A stretch of DNA of 64,000 nucleotides from a virus. Taxonomy: Duplodnaviria > Caudoviricetes. The stretch lies in IMG/VR virus record IMGVR_UViG_3300035170_000083, positions 1,736-65,735 of that record; one strand, written 5' to 3'. The notes beneath the pieces were generated by a model that worked only from the letters and a program-made list of their open reading frames with translations, ran no database searches and was not told where the DNA came from. A program made the position numbers and the translations under genes. Shown in pieces: positions 9,678 through 18,275 of this stretch (positions are counted from its first letter, which is position 1; the number at the start of each line of letters is the position of its first letter).

Positions 9678-11183
9678 ATGCATAAACTGTTGGCATTCGC
9701 CATCGCGATGGCGATGGCCGCCGTCGGCGCGCCCGCCCGCGCCGACCAGCCGGTCCCGGGCCGCTGGTTCCAGCTCAATACGTCGTTCGGCTCGAATCCG
9801 TGCGCGGCCGGCGTCGCCTGCGTCTATCGCAACGTCAACACGCTGCACTTCGTCGACACGACGGGGAGCGACACGGCCCTCGGAGCCGGCGGCGGCTCCC
9901 TGGGCAACTATACCGCGACCGGCAACAATCTCGACGTCAGCGTCTCGGGCGCGGCGGCGATTTACAACGGCAACACCAACGCGACGTCGCTCACGGTCGG
10001 CAGCGCCAGCGCGATGGGGCCGGTGCTGTTCAACGGCGGGCGCCTCCGTATGCAACAGCGCGCGCAGTCCGGCGCGGGCCTGCAAGCGTTATCGGTCATC
10101 GGCGGCGGCGCCACCAGCCTGACGGCGGCCACCGAGTACGTCAACGTCAACCTGCAGGGCAACCAGACATACCAGTTTGCAGCCGGCACCGTCGCGACTG
10201 AGCGGTTCAATCTGATCCAGGCGCCGACCATCACCGGCGTGAGCGCCACCGCAAACTTCACCAACATCGCCACGCTGGCGATCGACGCGCCGCCGACGGC
10301 GGGGACCAACGCGGCATTCACGAGCGCGTGGGCGCTGTGGCTGCAGACGGGCAACCTCGGCTTTGGTCCGAACGCGGCGATCGGGTTGAGCTCGCAGGCC
10401 GCGACCAATACCACCGCGTTCAGTATCAACCCCAACGTCGCCGACGGTGCCTCATCGGTGGCGCTGAATATCAACAACCTCACGACGCTTTCGAACGCAA
10501 GCGCGGTCCTGCTTCAGATTCAGAACAACGGCACCACGCGGTTCAAGACTTTGCTCAATTCCACCGACGGCTTCATCCTCACTGACGGCGGCGGCTCGGC
10601 CAAGCTCGCGCTCTCGACGAACGCGGGCGCGGTGTTCGGCTACGGCGGGGCGACGTTCAGCGCCGGCTCTGGCTCCGTCACCATGGGCGACGGCACCGGC
10701 TCTCTCGGTATGTCGGCCGGCAACCTGACGCTGACCATCATCCAGGGCGTGCCCGATGCCGACGGAACGCGCGACTGGGGGCTGACAGGGACGCGCTGGC
10801 GCACGGTGGCTGGCAAGGTCGTCTCCGCGCAGCACCCCGCAGGAAACGGCACCGCGCCCACGAAGGCGGCTGGCGCCTGCATCGGCGGCACCCAGACGGT
10901 CACGCTCGACGCGAACGCGACCGACGCCGCCGGCGCCATCACGCTGACCGGAACGGCCACGGGGACCGCGACCAGCACGTGTGCGACCGTGACTTTCAAC
11001 GCCACCTGGGCGACGGCGCCCCATTGTCAGCTCGCGCCGGCGAACCTGGCTGCATCCGCGTTGAGCGGAGCGGCGCAACTCTGGATCGACTCCGCCAGCA
11101 CCACGACGTCGGTCTTCCTGATCAAGAGCAACACGGCGCTCGTCGCCGGGACGTACATCTACAACTACGACTGCTACCAGTGA
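9678..11183 (+). CDS. Tail-fibre-like protein with an N-terminal Sec signal peptide
   Basis: Signal MHKLLAFAIAMAMAAVGAPARA; 'PDADGTRDWGLTGTRWRTV' fibre motif; Cys pairs; RBS AGGAG. Confidence 0.65.
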   Translation: MHKLLAFAIAMAMAAVGAPARADQPVPGRWFQLNTSFGSNPCAAGVACVYRNVNTLHFVDTTGSDTALGAGGGSLGNYTATGNNLDVSVSGAAAIYNGNTNATSLTVGSASAMGPVLFNGGRLRMQQRAQSGAGLQALSVIGGGATSLTAATEYVNVNLQGNQTYQFAAGTVATERFNLIQAPTITGVSATANFTNIATLAIDAPPTAGTNAAFTSAWALWLQTGNLGFGPNAAIGLSSQAATNTTAFSINPNVADGASSVALNINNLTTLSNASAVLLQIQNNGTTRFKTLLNSTDGFILTDGGGSAKLALSTNAGAVFGYGGATFSAGSGSVTMGDGTGSLGMSAGNLTLTIIQGVPDADGTRDWGLTGTRWRTVAGKVVSAQHPAGNGTAPTKAAGACIGGTQTVTLDANATDAAGAITLTGTATGTATSTCATVTFNATWATAPHCQLAPANLAASALSGAAQLWIDSASTTTSVFLIKSNTALVAGTYIYNYDCYQ

Positions 11184-11194
11184 GGAGACGAGCC

Positions 11195-11635
11195 ATGATT
11201 CGTCGCGTTCTTCCCGCCTTTCTGTTCGTCCTCGGCCTCGTCGTCGGTGTCGGAGTTGCGCATTCGGGCGGCGCGCCCAGCCTCATCGCGCCGAAAAAGT
11301 TCGCGGTCGGGGTCGGCGCGCCGCGCGCGGCAGGCGCGCCGATCCTGCGCGGTACGACTGCGCCCGGCGGCACGCTCACCGTCAACCGCACCGTCGTCTG
11401 CTTCCAGGCCGACGGCAGCCGCACAGTGGGGCTCCTCTACGCCAACGCCACGAGCCAATCTGTTTCGCAGCGGACGCTGTTCGTGGACGCGGCGTGCACC
11501 AAGGTCACCGACAACCTCGGGAATGTCGTCTCGTCGACCGGTCCGACGACTGAATGCAGCGCCGCGTCGACCTACGCGAGCCAGCTCGACAGCACCATCG
11601 CCTCCGCCGCAGCGGGCGGGAAGCTCAATCTCTGA
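11195..11635 (+). CDS. Secreted protein with signal peptide
   Basis: N-terminus MIRRVLPAFLFVLGLVVGVGVAHS; RBS GAGGAG. Confidence 0.65.
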   Translation: MIRRVLPAFLFVLGLVVGVGVAHSGGAPSLIAPKKFAVGVGAPRAAGAPILRGTTAPGGTLTVNRTVVCFQADGSRTVGLLYANATSQSVSQRTLFVDAACTKVTDNLGNVVSSTGPTTECSAASTYASQLDSTIASAAAGGKLNL

Positions 11636-11672
11636 AGCCAGTTCTCGACCTGACCACCAACACGGAGGGGCC

Positions 11673-12053
11673 ATGAGCCGAGACGACGAGAGCGCCGCTG
11701 GACAGCGGAACGCCAAGGACCTCATTACCGAGGCGGCGAAGACGGGGCACTTTTGGTTCGCGCTGCTCATTGCGGGGTCGGTGGCGCTGCTGCTGATGGG
11801 CATGGGCGTGGCCAGCTACTTCGGAAAGAAGGCGAGCGCCGCCACCGTCGAAGACCACGGGCAACGCCTCACGAAGATCGAGGAGTGGAAGAAGTACAAG
11901 GAAAAGCGGGACGACTACATGCTTCAGCGAATCGACGGCGTGGCCGAGCAGCTGAATCAGTGGGCGCTCATCAACCACCTTCCGACGGCTCCAACGCCGT
12001 CCCCTCCGCCGACGGGTCCATCGCCGGCGCCGCAGGACCATGGCCAGCGATGA
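11673..12053 (+). CDS. Single-TM membrane protein with coiled coil (holin/i-spanin candidate)
   Basis: RBS GGAGG; TM FWFALLIAGSVALLLMGMGVA followed by 'HGQRLTKIEE'. Confidence 0.55.
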   Translation: MSRDDESAAGQRNAKDLITEAAKTGHFWFALLIAGSVALLLMGMGVASYFGKKASAATVEDHGQRLTKIEEWKKYKEKRDDYMLQRIDGVAEQLNQWALINHLPTAPTPSPPPTGPSPAPQDHGQR

Positions 12054-12297
12054 GCGCGCTCCCGATGCGCGGTTCGTCGAAGAGCTGACGCCACTCCCCG
12101 TTCTCGGCCCCACGCCGTCGCCGCTCGAGGCAGAGCTGGCCGTGGCCCGAGCGACCTGCGAGCAGCAGCGCCTGGTGCTCGCCTCGCTGCAGGCGAAGAA
12201 CGACGAGAAGGACGCCCTCATCAAGCAGCTACGCGAAGACCGCCGCGCGCTCGCGGCGCGCGTGAAGTCGCTCGAACAGAAGCTCGCCTCGAAGTAG
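12040..12297 (+). CDS. Small coiled-coil protein
   Basis: 85 aa heptad-rich ORF overlapping the previous gene. Confidence 0.5.
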   Translation: MASDERAPDARFVEELTPLPVLGPTPSPLEAELAVARATCEQQRLVLASLQAKNDEKDALIKQLREDRRALAARVKSLEQKLASK

Positions 12298-12324
12298 CCC
12301 CACCAAAAATCGAAGGAGTTCCAA

Positions 12325-13398
12325 ATGCAGACCCTGCAGAAGTGGGCGAAGGTCTTCGCCTCGCTCGCGCTCGTCGCCATCCCCGTCGTCGCACACTCGG
12401 TCTATGGCGCCGGCACCCACGTGCAGATGGCCCTGAGCCTCATCACGATGGCGCTCGGAGTCTTCGGGTTCACCGTCGCCAAGCCGCTCATCATGGGCGA
12501 CCCGGCCGAGTGGCAGCGCACGCACAAGTGGCTGGGCACCCTGGGCATGCTGGCCATGATCGTGCTCCCCGCCGTCTCGCAGACCACGCTGGGCGCTTCT
12601 CCCGCGGTGAAGCTGGGTCTCGACCTGGCCGCGTCCTTCCTGGGCCTCTGCGGCTTCGTGGCGGTCCGCCCGCTGGCCGGTAAGGTCGACGAGACGACCC
12701 TGCGCGCCGTGCTTCCGCTCCTGCTAATCCCGGCGCTCCTCATCGGGGGTTGCGCCGTGCTGGGCCGGTGCGAGCTGGGCACGCTGCCTTCCGCCGCCGG
12801 GTCGGTCATCGCCGAGGTCGTGTCCATCGCGCTCTCCGGCGGCAACTATGAGCAGCAGCTCGAGCAGGCCGGCATCCAGGCCGCCGAGACCAATGCGGCC
12901 CCGCAGTTCTCCTGCGTCGTGCAGGCGGTGGCCGCCTGGATGGCCGGCAAGAAGGGGCAGATTTCCCCGGACCGCGTCGCCGCCATCAAGGCGTTCAACG
13001 CGTTCCTGGCCAAGCACCCCGCGACCGCGTGCGGGCCGGCGCCGGCGGTGGCGAACATCATGCTGGCGCCTCGAACCAGCGCCGCGCCGCTCGACTGCCG
13101 CCGAATCCCGCGGGACGACCTGGCGGAGCTGGAATGCGTGGCGGGCGCGAACGGGCACGGCCTGAGCGCGTACGCGACCACCTACGATTCTGTCAGCCGT
13201 CCGAATGGGCGCATCCGAATCTCGCCCAACGGGGCGACGCACATCCAGGTCTGCGACTCCGGCACAGAGGGTGGCGCGGATGCCTGTCGGCCGGTCGTGT
13301 TCAACGACGACATGCCCATGACCATCAGCGTCCCGTCGGAAGACTTCTGGCGCACCGCCACGCCTGCCGTCACGTTGGCGGCACCGCAGGCCCCGTGA
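12325..13398 (+). CDS. Multi-TM membrane protein with an internal lipobox-like motif (holin/spanin-like)
   Basis: RBS AAGGAG; four TM helices in two similar pairs, then LLIGGC and a soluble domain. Confidence 0.6.
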   Translation: MQTLQKWAKVFASLALVAIPVVAHSVYGAGTHVQMALSLITMALGVFGFTVAKPLIMGDPAEWQRTHKWLGTLGMLAMIVLPAVSQTTLGASPAVKLGLDLAASFLGLCGFVAVRPLAGKVDETTLRAVLPLLLIPALLIGGCAVLGRCELGTLPSAAGSVIAEVVSIALSGGNYEQQLEQAGIQAAETNAAPQFSCVVQAVAAWMAGKKGQISPDRVAAIKAFNAFLAKHPATACGPAPAVANIMLAPRTSAAPLDCRRIPRDDLAELECVAGANGHGLSAYATTYDSVSRPNGRIRISPNGATHIQVCDSGTEGGADACRPVVFNDDMPMTISVPSEDFWRTATPAVTLAAPQAP

Positions 13399-14162
13399 AG
13401 TTTCAGCTGGTTAACCAGTCGGCGCTTCCGGTCGTCGCCGCGGCGCTGCCCAAGATCGCCGAGGCGGCGCGGCTGGGGCTGGCGCGCGTCGCCGCCGACT
13501 GGGACCTGGCGCCCCCGGCCGTGGCGTTCGACCCCGCCGTGTCGGGGCCGCCGGCAGGCTGGGCGGCCCTCTACGTGCGCGACCGTCCGTCCAAGCCCGA
13601 AGAGGAGGGCGTCGAGGGCTACCACGACCGCACGGCGGACGGGCAGCCGGTGGGCTATGCCTTCGAGGGCTTCGTCCCCGGCGGCGAGCTCCTGCGCGAC
13701 CCTGGAGGCCGTGGCGCGTCCCTGGCCGGCCTGGTGACGCACGAGCTGGTGGAGATGGTGGGCGACCGGCTCGCCGACCAGTATCGGCGGCGCAACTTCC
13801 GCGACCTCGTCAGCGGCAAGACCTATCCCTGGGTGGCGGAGGAGTGGTGCGACCCCGTGCAGGAGAGCGCCCTCGGCATCAGCATCGCCAGCGGCGAGGT
13901 CGTCGACTTCTCCAACTGGGTCAAGCCCAACTGGTTCAGCCCCGAGGCCACCAGCGGCTTCGATGCGCTCGGGCTGCTGACGGCGCCGCTCTCCATCGCC
14001 AGCGGCGGCTACGTCATCGTCGGAGATGGCGAGGGCAACGACGGCGACGTCTTCGGCCGGCTGCAGGTCGTTCACCACCCGAGCCCCATGGCCGCCTGGC
14101 GGGCGCACATGAAGGCCAGCAACCCCGGCTCGCGCACGGCGCGCCGGCGGCGCAGCGCGTAG
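13395..14162 (+). CDS. Putative zincin-like metallopeptidase
   Basis: 'GYHD...THELVEMVGD...EEWCDPV' pattern; GTG start overlaps the previous stop. Confidence 0.55.
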   Translation: MKFQLVNQSALPVVAAALPKIAEAARLGLARVAADWDLAPPAVAFDPAVSGPPAGWAALYVRDRPSKPEEEGVEGYHDRTADGQPVGYAFEGFVPGGELLRDPGGRGASLAGLVTHELVEMVGDRLADQYRRRNFRDLVSGKTYPWVAEEWCDPVQESALGISIASGEVVDFSNWVKPNWFSPEATSGFDALGLLTAPLSIASGGYVIVGDGEGNDGDVFGRLQVVHHPSPMAAWRAHMKASNPGSRTARRRRSA

Positions 14163-14174
14163 AGGAGTGTGACC

Positions 14175-14462
14175 ATGGCGAGGCTCAGACGAGCAGAGGA
14201 AGGGCTGGCGACGTTTATGTGCCCCGGCTGCGACTCTGCGCACGCGGTCAGGATCGAAGGTCCTCACGCCTGGGGCTTCAATGGGGACTTCGATAAGCCG
14301 ACGCTGACGCCGTCGGTCCTCGTCCGCGGCGGAGGCGTCGGCGGCAAGCCATGGGGAGAGCCTGGCGTCTGCCACTCGTTCGTGCGTGACGGTCGAATCG
14401 AGTTCCTCGGCGACTGCACGCACGCGCTCGCGGGCCGGACCGTCGACCTGTCCGACTTCTGA
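14175..14462 (+). CDS. DUF6527-like Cys/His protein
   Basis: 'FMCPGC..AH...WGFNGDFDKPTLTPSVLV...CHSFVRDGRIEFLGDCTHALAG'. Confidence 0.8.
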   Translation: MARLRRAEEGLATFMCPGCDSAHAVRIEGPHAWGFNGDFDKPTLTPSVLVRGGGVGGKPWGEPGVCHSFVRDGRIEFLGDCTHALAGRTVDLSDF

Positions 14463-14484
14463 CGAAACACCCCCGAGGTAGCCC

Positions 14485-14616
14485 ATGCACCACATCAGGA
14501 GCGCCATCGGCGAGCTGTTGTTCTGGCTCGGCTTCGGCCTGTTCTGGTTCGCCGCCGGCCTCATCGGCGTCTGCCTGGTGTGGCTGGTCGAGGACCGAAA
14601 GCGAGGTCGGCCATGA
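14485..14616 (+). CDS. 43-aa membrane peptide (holin candidate)
   Basis: MHHIRSAIGELLFWLGFGLFWFAAGLIGVCLVWLVEDRKRGRP; RBS GAGG; stop overlaps the endolysin start. Not in the ORF track. Confidence 0.55.
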   Translation: MHHIRSAIGELLFWLGFGLFWFAAGLIGVCLVWLVEDRKRGRP

Positions 14617-15260
14617 GCCTGCAGATCGTCGGCTCCCTCACGACGCGCGAGCTTCCCGAGCGCCAGCACAGCATCGACGCGCTGCTGTTCCACACGACCG
14701 GGGACACGGACCTCGCCAGAATCATGAGCTTCTACCACGCGCCCGACGGGCTCCAGCCGCACTTCATGATCGACTACGACGGGACCGTGCGCCGCATCGT
14801 CTGGGAGCACCAGGTCGCCTACCACTGCAAGATCGACCCCGCCGAGGCCCGGCTCTACCAGCGCGGTTACGCCGAGTGGTCGTGCTGGAAGTGGCTCAAC
14901 GAGCGCCCCGTGCACAACGGCGACGAGTTCTCGGGCTACCGCTTCTGGCGCGACGAGTGGCGCGCCGCGGGGATGGAAAGCCCGCTCGAGCTCGTCACCG
15001 GCGCCCATCCCAACAGCTCGAGCATCGGCATCGAGTTGCGCCAGCCCGAGAAGCCGGGCCCCGACATCTTTACACCGGAGCAGTACCAAGCGGCGGCGGA
15101 GCTCGCCGCGGACCTGCACGGTCGGCTGGGAGTCCAGCTCGACCGGAAGCACGTGCTGGGGCACCAGGACTGCTCGCCGATGCGCAGATGCTCCGCCGCC
15201 GGCGGATGGGACCCGGGCTACGCGTTCAAGTGGAATCGTCTCTGGGATTTGCTGCACTGA
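14613..15260 (+). CDS. Endolysin, N-acetylmuramoyl-L-alanine amidase (Amidase_2)
   Basis: 'LLFHTTG', 'PHFMIDYDG', 'VAYHC', 'NSSSIGIEL', 'VLGHQD...WDPG'. Confidence 0.9.
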   Translation: MSLQIVGSLTTRELPERQHSIDALLFHTTGDTDLARIMSFYHAPDGLQPHFMIDYDGTVRRIVWEHQVAYHCKIDPAEARLYQRGYAEWSCWKWLNERPVHNGDEFSGYRFWRDEWRAAGMESPLELVTGAHPNSSSIGIELRQPEKPGPDIFTPEQYQAAAELAADLHGRLGVQLDRKHVLGHQDCSPMRRCSAAGGWDPGYAFKWNRLWDLLH

Positions 15261-15324
15261 CACCGCGGCGCGCCGCTCGAGCGCGCCCGTCTCTCGCCTA
15301 GCGCCGTCCGGCGCGACCTACTCC

Positions 15325-15564
15325 CTATCCCTCCTCAGCCGTCGAATCCTCTTGCGCCGCCTGCCAGGCGCTGACCGCATCGCCGTCGCTCCGCCGCATG
15401 CATCCGCCGCGGTGGCGGCAGCGGCCGTCGTGCGCCAGGTGCTCGCAAAGCGGCGCGCGGCAGTCGCGGCACGTCACCAGCGGCAGGACATCCGTCTGTC
15501 CGTCGTCGTCGCAGAAGTCGCAAAGCACCGCGTTCGGGTGCGCCTCCAACGTGGCATGCGGCAT
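15325..15564 (-). CDS. Small Zn-finger protein
   Basis: CDFC...CRDC..LCEH...C; preceded by the hairpin element and its SD. Confidence 0.6.
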   Translation of the reverse strand: MPHATLEAHPNAVLCDFCDDDGQTDVLPLVTCRDCRAPLCEHLAHDGRCRHRGGCMRRSDGDAVSAWQAAQEDSTAEEG

Positions 15565-15572
15565 GGTCATCG

Positions 15573-15620
15573 CCTCCATCGACGGGCGCAGCCGTCGCCA
15601 GCTGCGCCCGCCTGTGCAGG
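15573..15620 (-). repeat. TGCACAG-hairpin-CGATGGAGG element, copy A
   Basis: Minus strand reads CCTGCACAG GCGGGCGCAGC tggcgacg GCTGCGCCCGT CGATGGAGG, directly after the TGA of the 15621-16400 gene. Confidence 0.9.
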
Positions 15621-16400
15621 TCAGACGGCCCAGGCCTTGCCCGATTCGGCCGTCTTGGTGATGCCGCTCACTTCCGCGCGGCACTTCACGCACCAGATCG
15701 TGGCGCCGTTCACGTAGCACTTGTCCGTCGGCTTGCGGCAACGGGTGCATTTGAGCGCGGACCGCTTCGCCGGAGCGGATGCGGCCTGGGCGGCGCGTGT
15801 CGCGCGCGACAACTCGGCGGCCCATTCCTTCGCCTCGCGAGCGGCATAGGCCTCGCGGATGGCCAGGAACGCGGACACGACGCCGGTAACCACCTCCATG
15901 TTCATGGCTGCCAGGAACGCAGGTGCGTCAACTTGGCGCGCCATCTTGGCGATGCGAGGCGACGGCCGAACGATGACCGGAGCAGGCTGCGCGGCGCGCT
16001 CAGCGCGGTCGGTCTCTGCCATGGCCGCCATCGGCAACACGGCGGCGGCATCGGTACGGGTCGGAGGCTCCGCCGCCCACTCGCGCGCAGCCTCTTCCGC
16101 ATCCGCCAGCGGAGCGGCCTCCGCGGTCGCCTCAGCCGGCGCTCCCTTCCAGGCGCCGCGCCAAGCCACGCGCACGTCCTTTGGGTCCATGAGGTCGACA
16201 ACTTCGGCGGCATCGTCCGGAGCGGGCACAACCGCAGCCGAGTGGCCCATGTGACCGTAGCGGTCCGCCTCGCGGCGCGCGGCCATGGCGGTCATGCGAA
16301 TGGAGTCCGTGTAGCGCTCCTTGCCGCCCTGGCTCGTGTAGTAGACGCGGCAAACGAAGTTCCTCTTGCTCGTCGGCTTGGCCGTTGTCGTGGTTTCCAT
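15621..16400 (-). CDS. Hypothetical protein with a C-terminal Zn ribbon
   Basis: METTTTAK... start; CTRC...CVKC; first gene of the leftward sigma54 transcript. Confidence 0.65.
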   Translation of the reverse strand: METTTTAKPTSKRNFVCRVYYTSQGGKERYTDSIRMTAMAARREADRYGHMGHSAAVVPAPDDAAEVVDLMDPKDVRVAWRGAWKGAPAEATAEAAPLADAEEAAREWAAEPPTRTDAAAVLPMAAMAETDRAERAAQPAPVIVRPSPRIAKMARQVDAPAFLAAMNMEVVTGVVSAFLAIREAYAAREAKEWAAELSRATRAAQAASAPAKRSALKCTRCRKPTDKCYVNGATIWCVKCRAEVSGITKTAESGKAWAV

Positions 16401-16413
16401 GCTTGACGGACAT

Positions 16414-16430
16414 TGCAAGCATGTGGCCAA
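16414..16430 (-). promoter_or_regulatory. Sigma54-type promoter, leftward
   Basis: Minus strand TTGGCCACATGCTTGCA gives GG-N10-GC with TTGC at -12. Confidence 0.75.
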
Positions 16431-16481
16431 GTAACACCGTGCTGCGCCGCGTGGACTTCATGAGTCGCCTACATCGGCGGC

Positions 16482-16610
16482 TGTGGCAAAGTGACACTTA
16501 GGCCACGCAAAACCGCCACACAGCCAAGGCGTTACATAGCCACACGAATTCGACCGACGCAATCGGTCATTTTGCAAGTGGCTGATTCGCCGTGTGGCAA
16601 AGTGCCACTT
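16482..16610. promoter_or_regulatory. Enhancer-like repeats TGTGGCAAAGTG(A/C)CACTT (16482-16499 and 16593-16610) plus GCCAC half-sites
   Basis: Near-palindromic direct repeat lying between the two divergent sigma54 promoters. Confidence 0.6.
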
Positions 16611-16660
16611 TTGACCGCGAGCGCTTCCGTCGAAGTCCGCGCAAATCGCAGAAGTGTTAC

Positions 16661-16677
16661 TTGGCAACATCTTTGCT
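16661..16677 (+). promoter_or_regulatory. Sigma54-type promoter, rightward
   Basis: TTGGCAACATCTTTGCT gives GG-N10-GC with TTGC at -12. Confidence 0.8.
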
Positions 16678-16702
16678 AGGACCCTAATGCATGGAGGCAG
16701 CC

Positions 16703-16900
16703 ATGAAACGGACTTCGGCGGTTCTTCCGGCGGGCGGCGACGCGTTCGATGCGCATTGCATGGAGGACGGCCACACGGTGGCGTATCTCGGCTGCGAGAC
16801 GCGTGAGCAGGCCGAGCGCGTGGCGTGCGCCTACGTGGAGCGCGGCATCGCAGCGGCGCAGGAAGAGAAGTGGTCGCGCGCTGGCAAGCGCGCCGGCTGA
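16703..16900 (+). CDS. Hypothetical protein
   Basis: SD GGAGG; an alternative in-frame ATG lies at 16691. Confidence 0.6.
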   Translation: MKRTSAVLPAGGDAFDAHCMEDGHTVAYLGCETREQAERVACAYVERGIAAAQEEKWSRAGKRAG

Positions 16901-16902
16901 CA

Positions 16903-16944
16903 CCTGCACAGCGCGCCCGAGGCGACTCGGGCGCGCGATGGAGG
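16903..16944 (+). repeat. TGCACAG-hairpin-CGATGGAGG element, copy B
   Basis: CCTGCACA GCGCGCCCGAG gcga CTCGGGCGCGC GATGGAGG, with a GNRA loop. Confidence 0.9.
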
Positions 16945-16952
16945 CAAAGCCG

Positions 16953-17252
16953 ATGGAAATCGAAATGGATCGCGCGAACGTGCTCACCTACGAGCGAGAT
17001 TTCGCCGCATGCGTCGCGGCCATGGCTGCGGGCGAGCGCGTCGAGATCGATCACGAAATGTATTTCTACTGGCTCGAAGTGTCGCCGCCCGTCTACATGC
17101 GGCGCGTCATCGCGCTGCCGGGAGACGGGAAACGTGTCACCGCGTTCGGATTCGCAGAGGGCAGCGAGCGCATCACCGCGTTCTGGTGCCAAGGTAACGG
17201 AGACTCCGCCCGCTACTTCTGCCAGCGCACCGAAGAGGTGAACCGTGGCTGA
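16953..17252 (+). CDS. DUF1419-like protein
   Basis: 'EIDHEMYFYWLEVSPPVYM...FGFAEG' pattern. Confidence 0.55.
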   Translation: MEIEMDRANVLTYERDFAACVAAMAAGERVEIDHEMYFYWLEVSPPVYMRRVIALPGDGKRVTAFGFAEGSERITAFWCQGNGDSARYFCQRTEEVNRG

Positions 17253-18162
17253 TTTCTCCTCTGATATTCCGGTGGAGCTGGCACGTGCGGCTCACTCGGG
17301 AACGTCGTTTACGCCGGACGTGCGCGCAGAGCAGGAGCGCAGCGGTTATGCGGCGACGCTGGCAAAGGACTTCGCAAACCTGTCGCGCTACGCGACGACG
17401 GATGAGAAACGCGCCCAGCTCGCGGAGGAATTCGAGCGCTATCGGACCGGCTATCGTCGGCGCTACCTGGTCTATCTCGGCGCGCGCTCGCGGTGCATGT
17501 CGTCCATGATTGCCGGACCTTCGAATTTCCCGACGGCGCGGAATCAGAAGCGCAACGCTAGCGCCGACCGCCGCTCCGACGATTTGCAGTCGTTTCGCGA
17601 GCGTGCGCTCAAGGCCATCACGAAGGCGCTGACGCCGGAGCTGCAGCCGATCGCCTCCGGCGCGTCTGACGCGGTCGAGCGGCTGCGCGCCGAGATTGCC
17701 AAAGCGACGTCGGTGCAGGAGCGCATGCGGGCGGCGAACGCGGCGATTCGCAAGCACGCGAAGGGCGGCGCGGATGCGCAGGTCGCCGCGCTGGTGGCTT
17801 TCGGCTTCAGCGAGGCGATGGCGCGCGAGGTCATCACGCCGGACTGCATGGGCCGCATCGGATTCGCCGACTACCAACTCAAGAACAACGGCGCGAACGT
17901 CCGCCGCATGCAACAGCGCCTTGCCGAAGTCGAGCGGGCGAAGTCGACGGCAGACACCGTGACGGAAGGAGGCGACGGTATCCGCGTCGAGGATTCGCCG
18001 GCAGACAACCGGGTGCGCCTCTTCTTTCCCGGCAAGCCCGCCGACGACGTGCGGGCGGATTTGAAGGCGCACGGCTTTCGCTGGGCGCCCAGCCTCGGAT
18101 GTTGGCAGGCCTACCGCAACCATCGCGCCCTGACCCGGGCGCAGCGGTTCGCCGCGACGTAG
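17245..18162 (+). CDS. DUF3560-like/polyvalent-protein-associated protein
   Basis: 'SSMIAGPSNFP', 'YQLKNNGANVRR', 'NRVRLFFPGKP...LKAHGFRWAPS.GCWQ'; a family typical of mobile-element early or leading regions. Confidence 0.7.
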   Translation: MADFSSDIPVELARAAHSGTSFTPDVRAEQERSGYAATLAKDFANLSRYATTDEKRAQLAEEFERYRTGYRRRYLVYLGARSRCMSSMIAGPSNFPTARNQKRNASADRRSDDLQSFRERALKAITKALTPELQPIASGASDAVERLRAEIAKATSVQERMRAANAAIRKHAKGGADAQVAALVAFGFSEAMAREVITPDCMGRIGFADYQLKNNGANVRRMQQRLAEVERAKSTADTVTEGGDGIRVEDSPADNRVRLFFPGKPADDVRADLKAHGFRWAPSLGCWQAYRNHRALTRAQRFAAT

Positions 18163-18168
18163 GCCGCG

Positions 18169-18204
18169 CCTGCACAGCGCGGCGCGTGCGCCGCGCGATG
18201 GAGG
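18169..18204 (+). repeat. TGCACAG-hairpin-CGATGGAGG element, copy C
   Basis: CCTGCACA GCGCGGCG cgtg CGCCGCGC GATGGAGG. Confidence 0.9.
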
Positions 18205-18227
18205 TGTCGCCATGGTCCGCAAGTAGC

Positions 18228-18269
18228 CTTGCACAGCGCGTCGGAGACCGCTCCGGCGCGCGATGGAGG
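18228..18269 (+). repeat. TGCACAG-hairpin-CGATGGAGG element, copy D
   Basis: CTTGCACA GCGCGTCGGAG accg CTCCGGCGCGC GATGGAGG. Confidence 0.9.
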
Positions 18270-18275
18270 GCGAAT

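Noticed and set aside
8443-11183. Diversity-generating retroelement or invertible tail-fibre cassette
   Set aside because: No reverse transcriptase, invertase or template/variable repeat pair was seen in the window.
13182-15263. Long antisense ORFs (693 aa here; also 61742-63976, 56349-58055 and 53020-54486)
   Set aside because: These are shadow frames of real genes in GC-rich DNA and carry no recognisable motifs.
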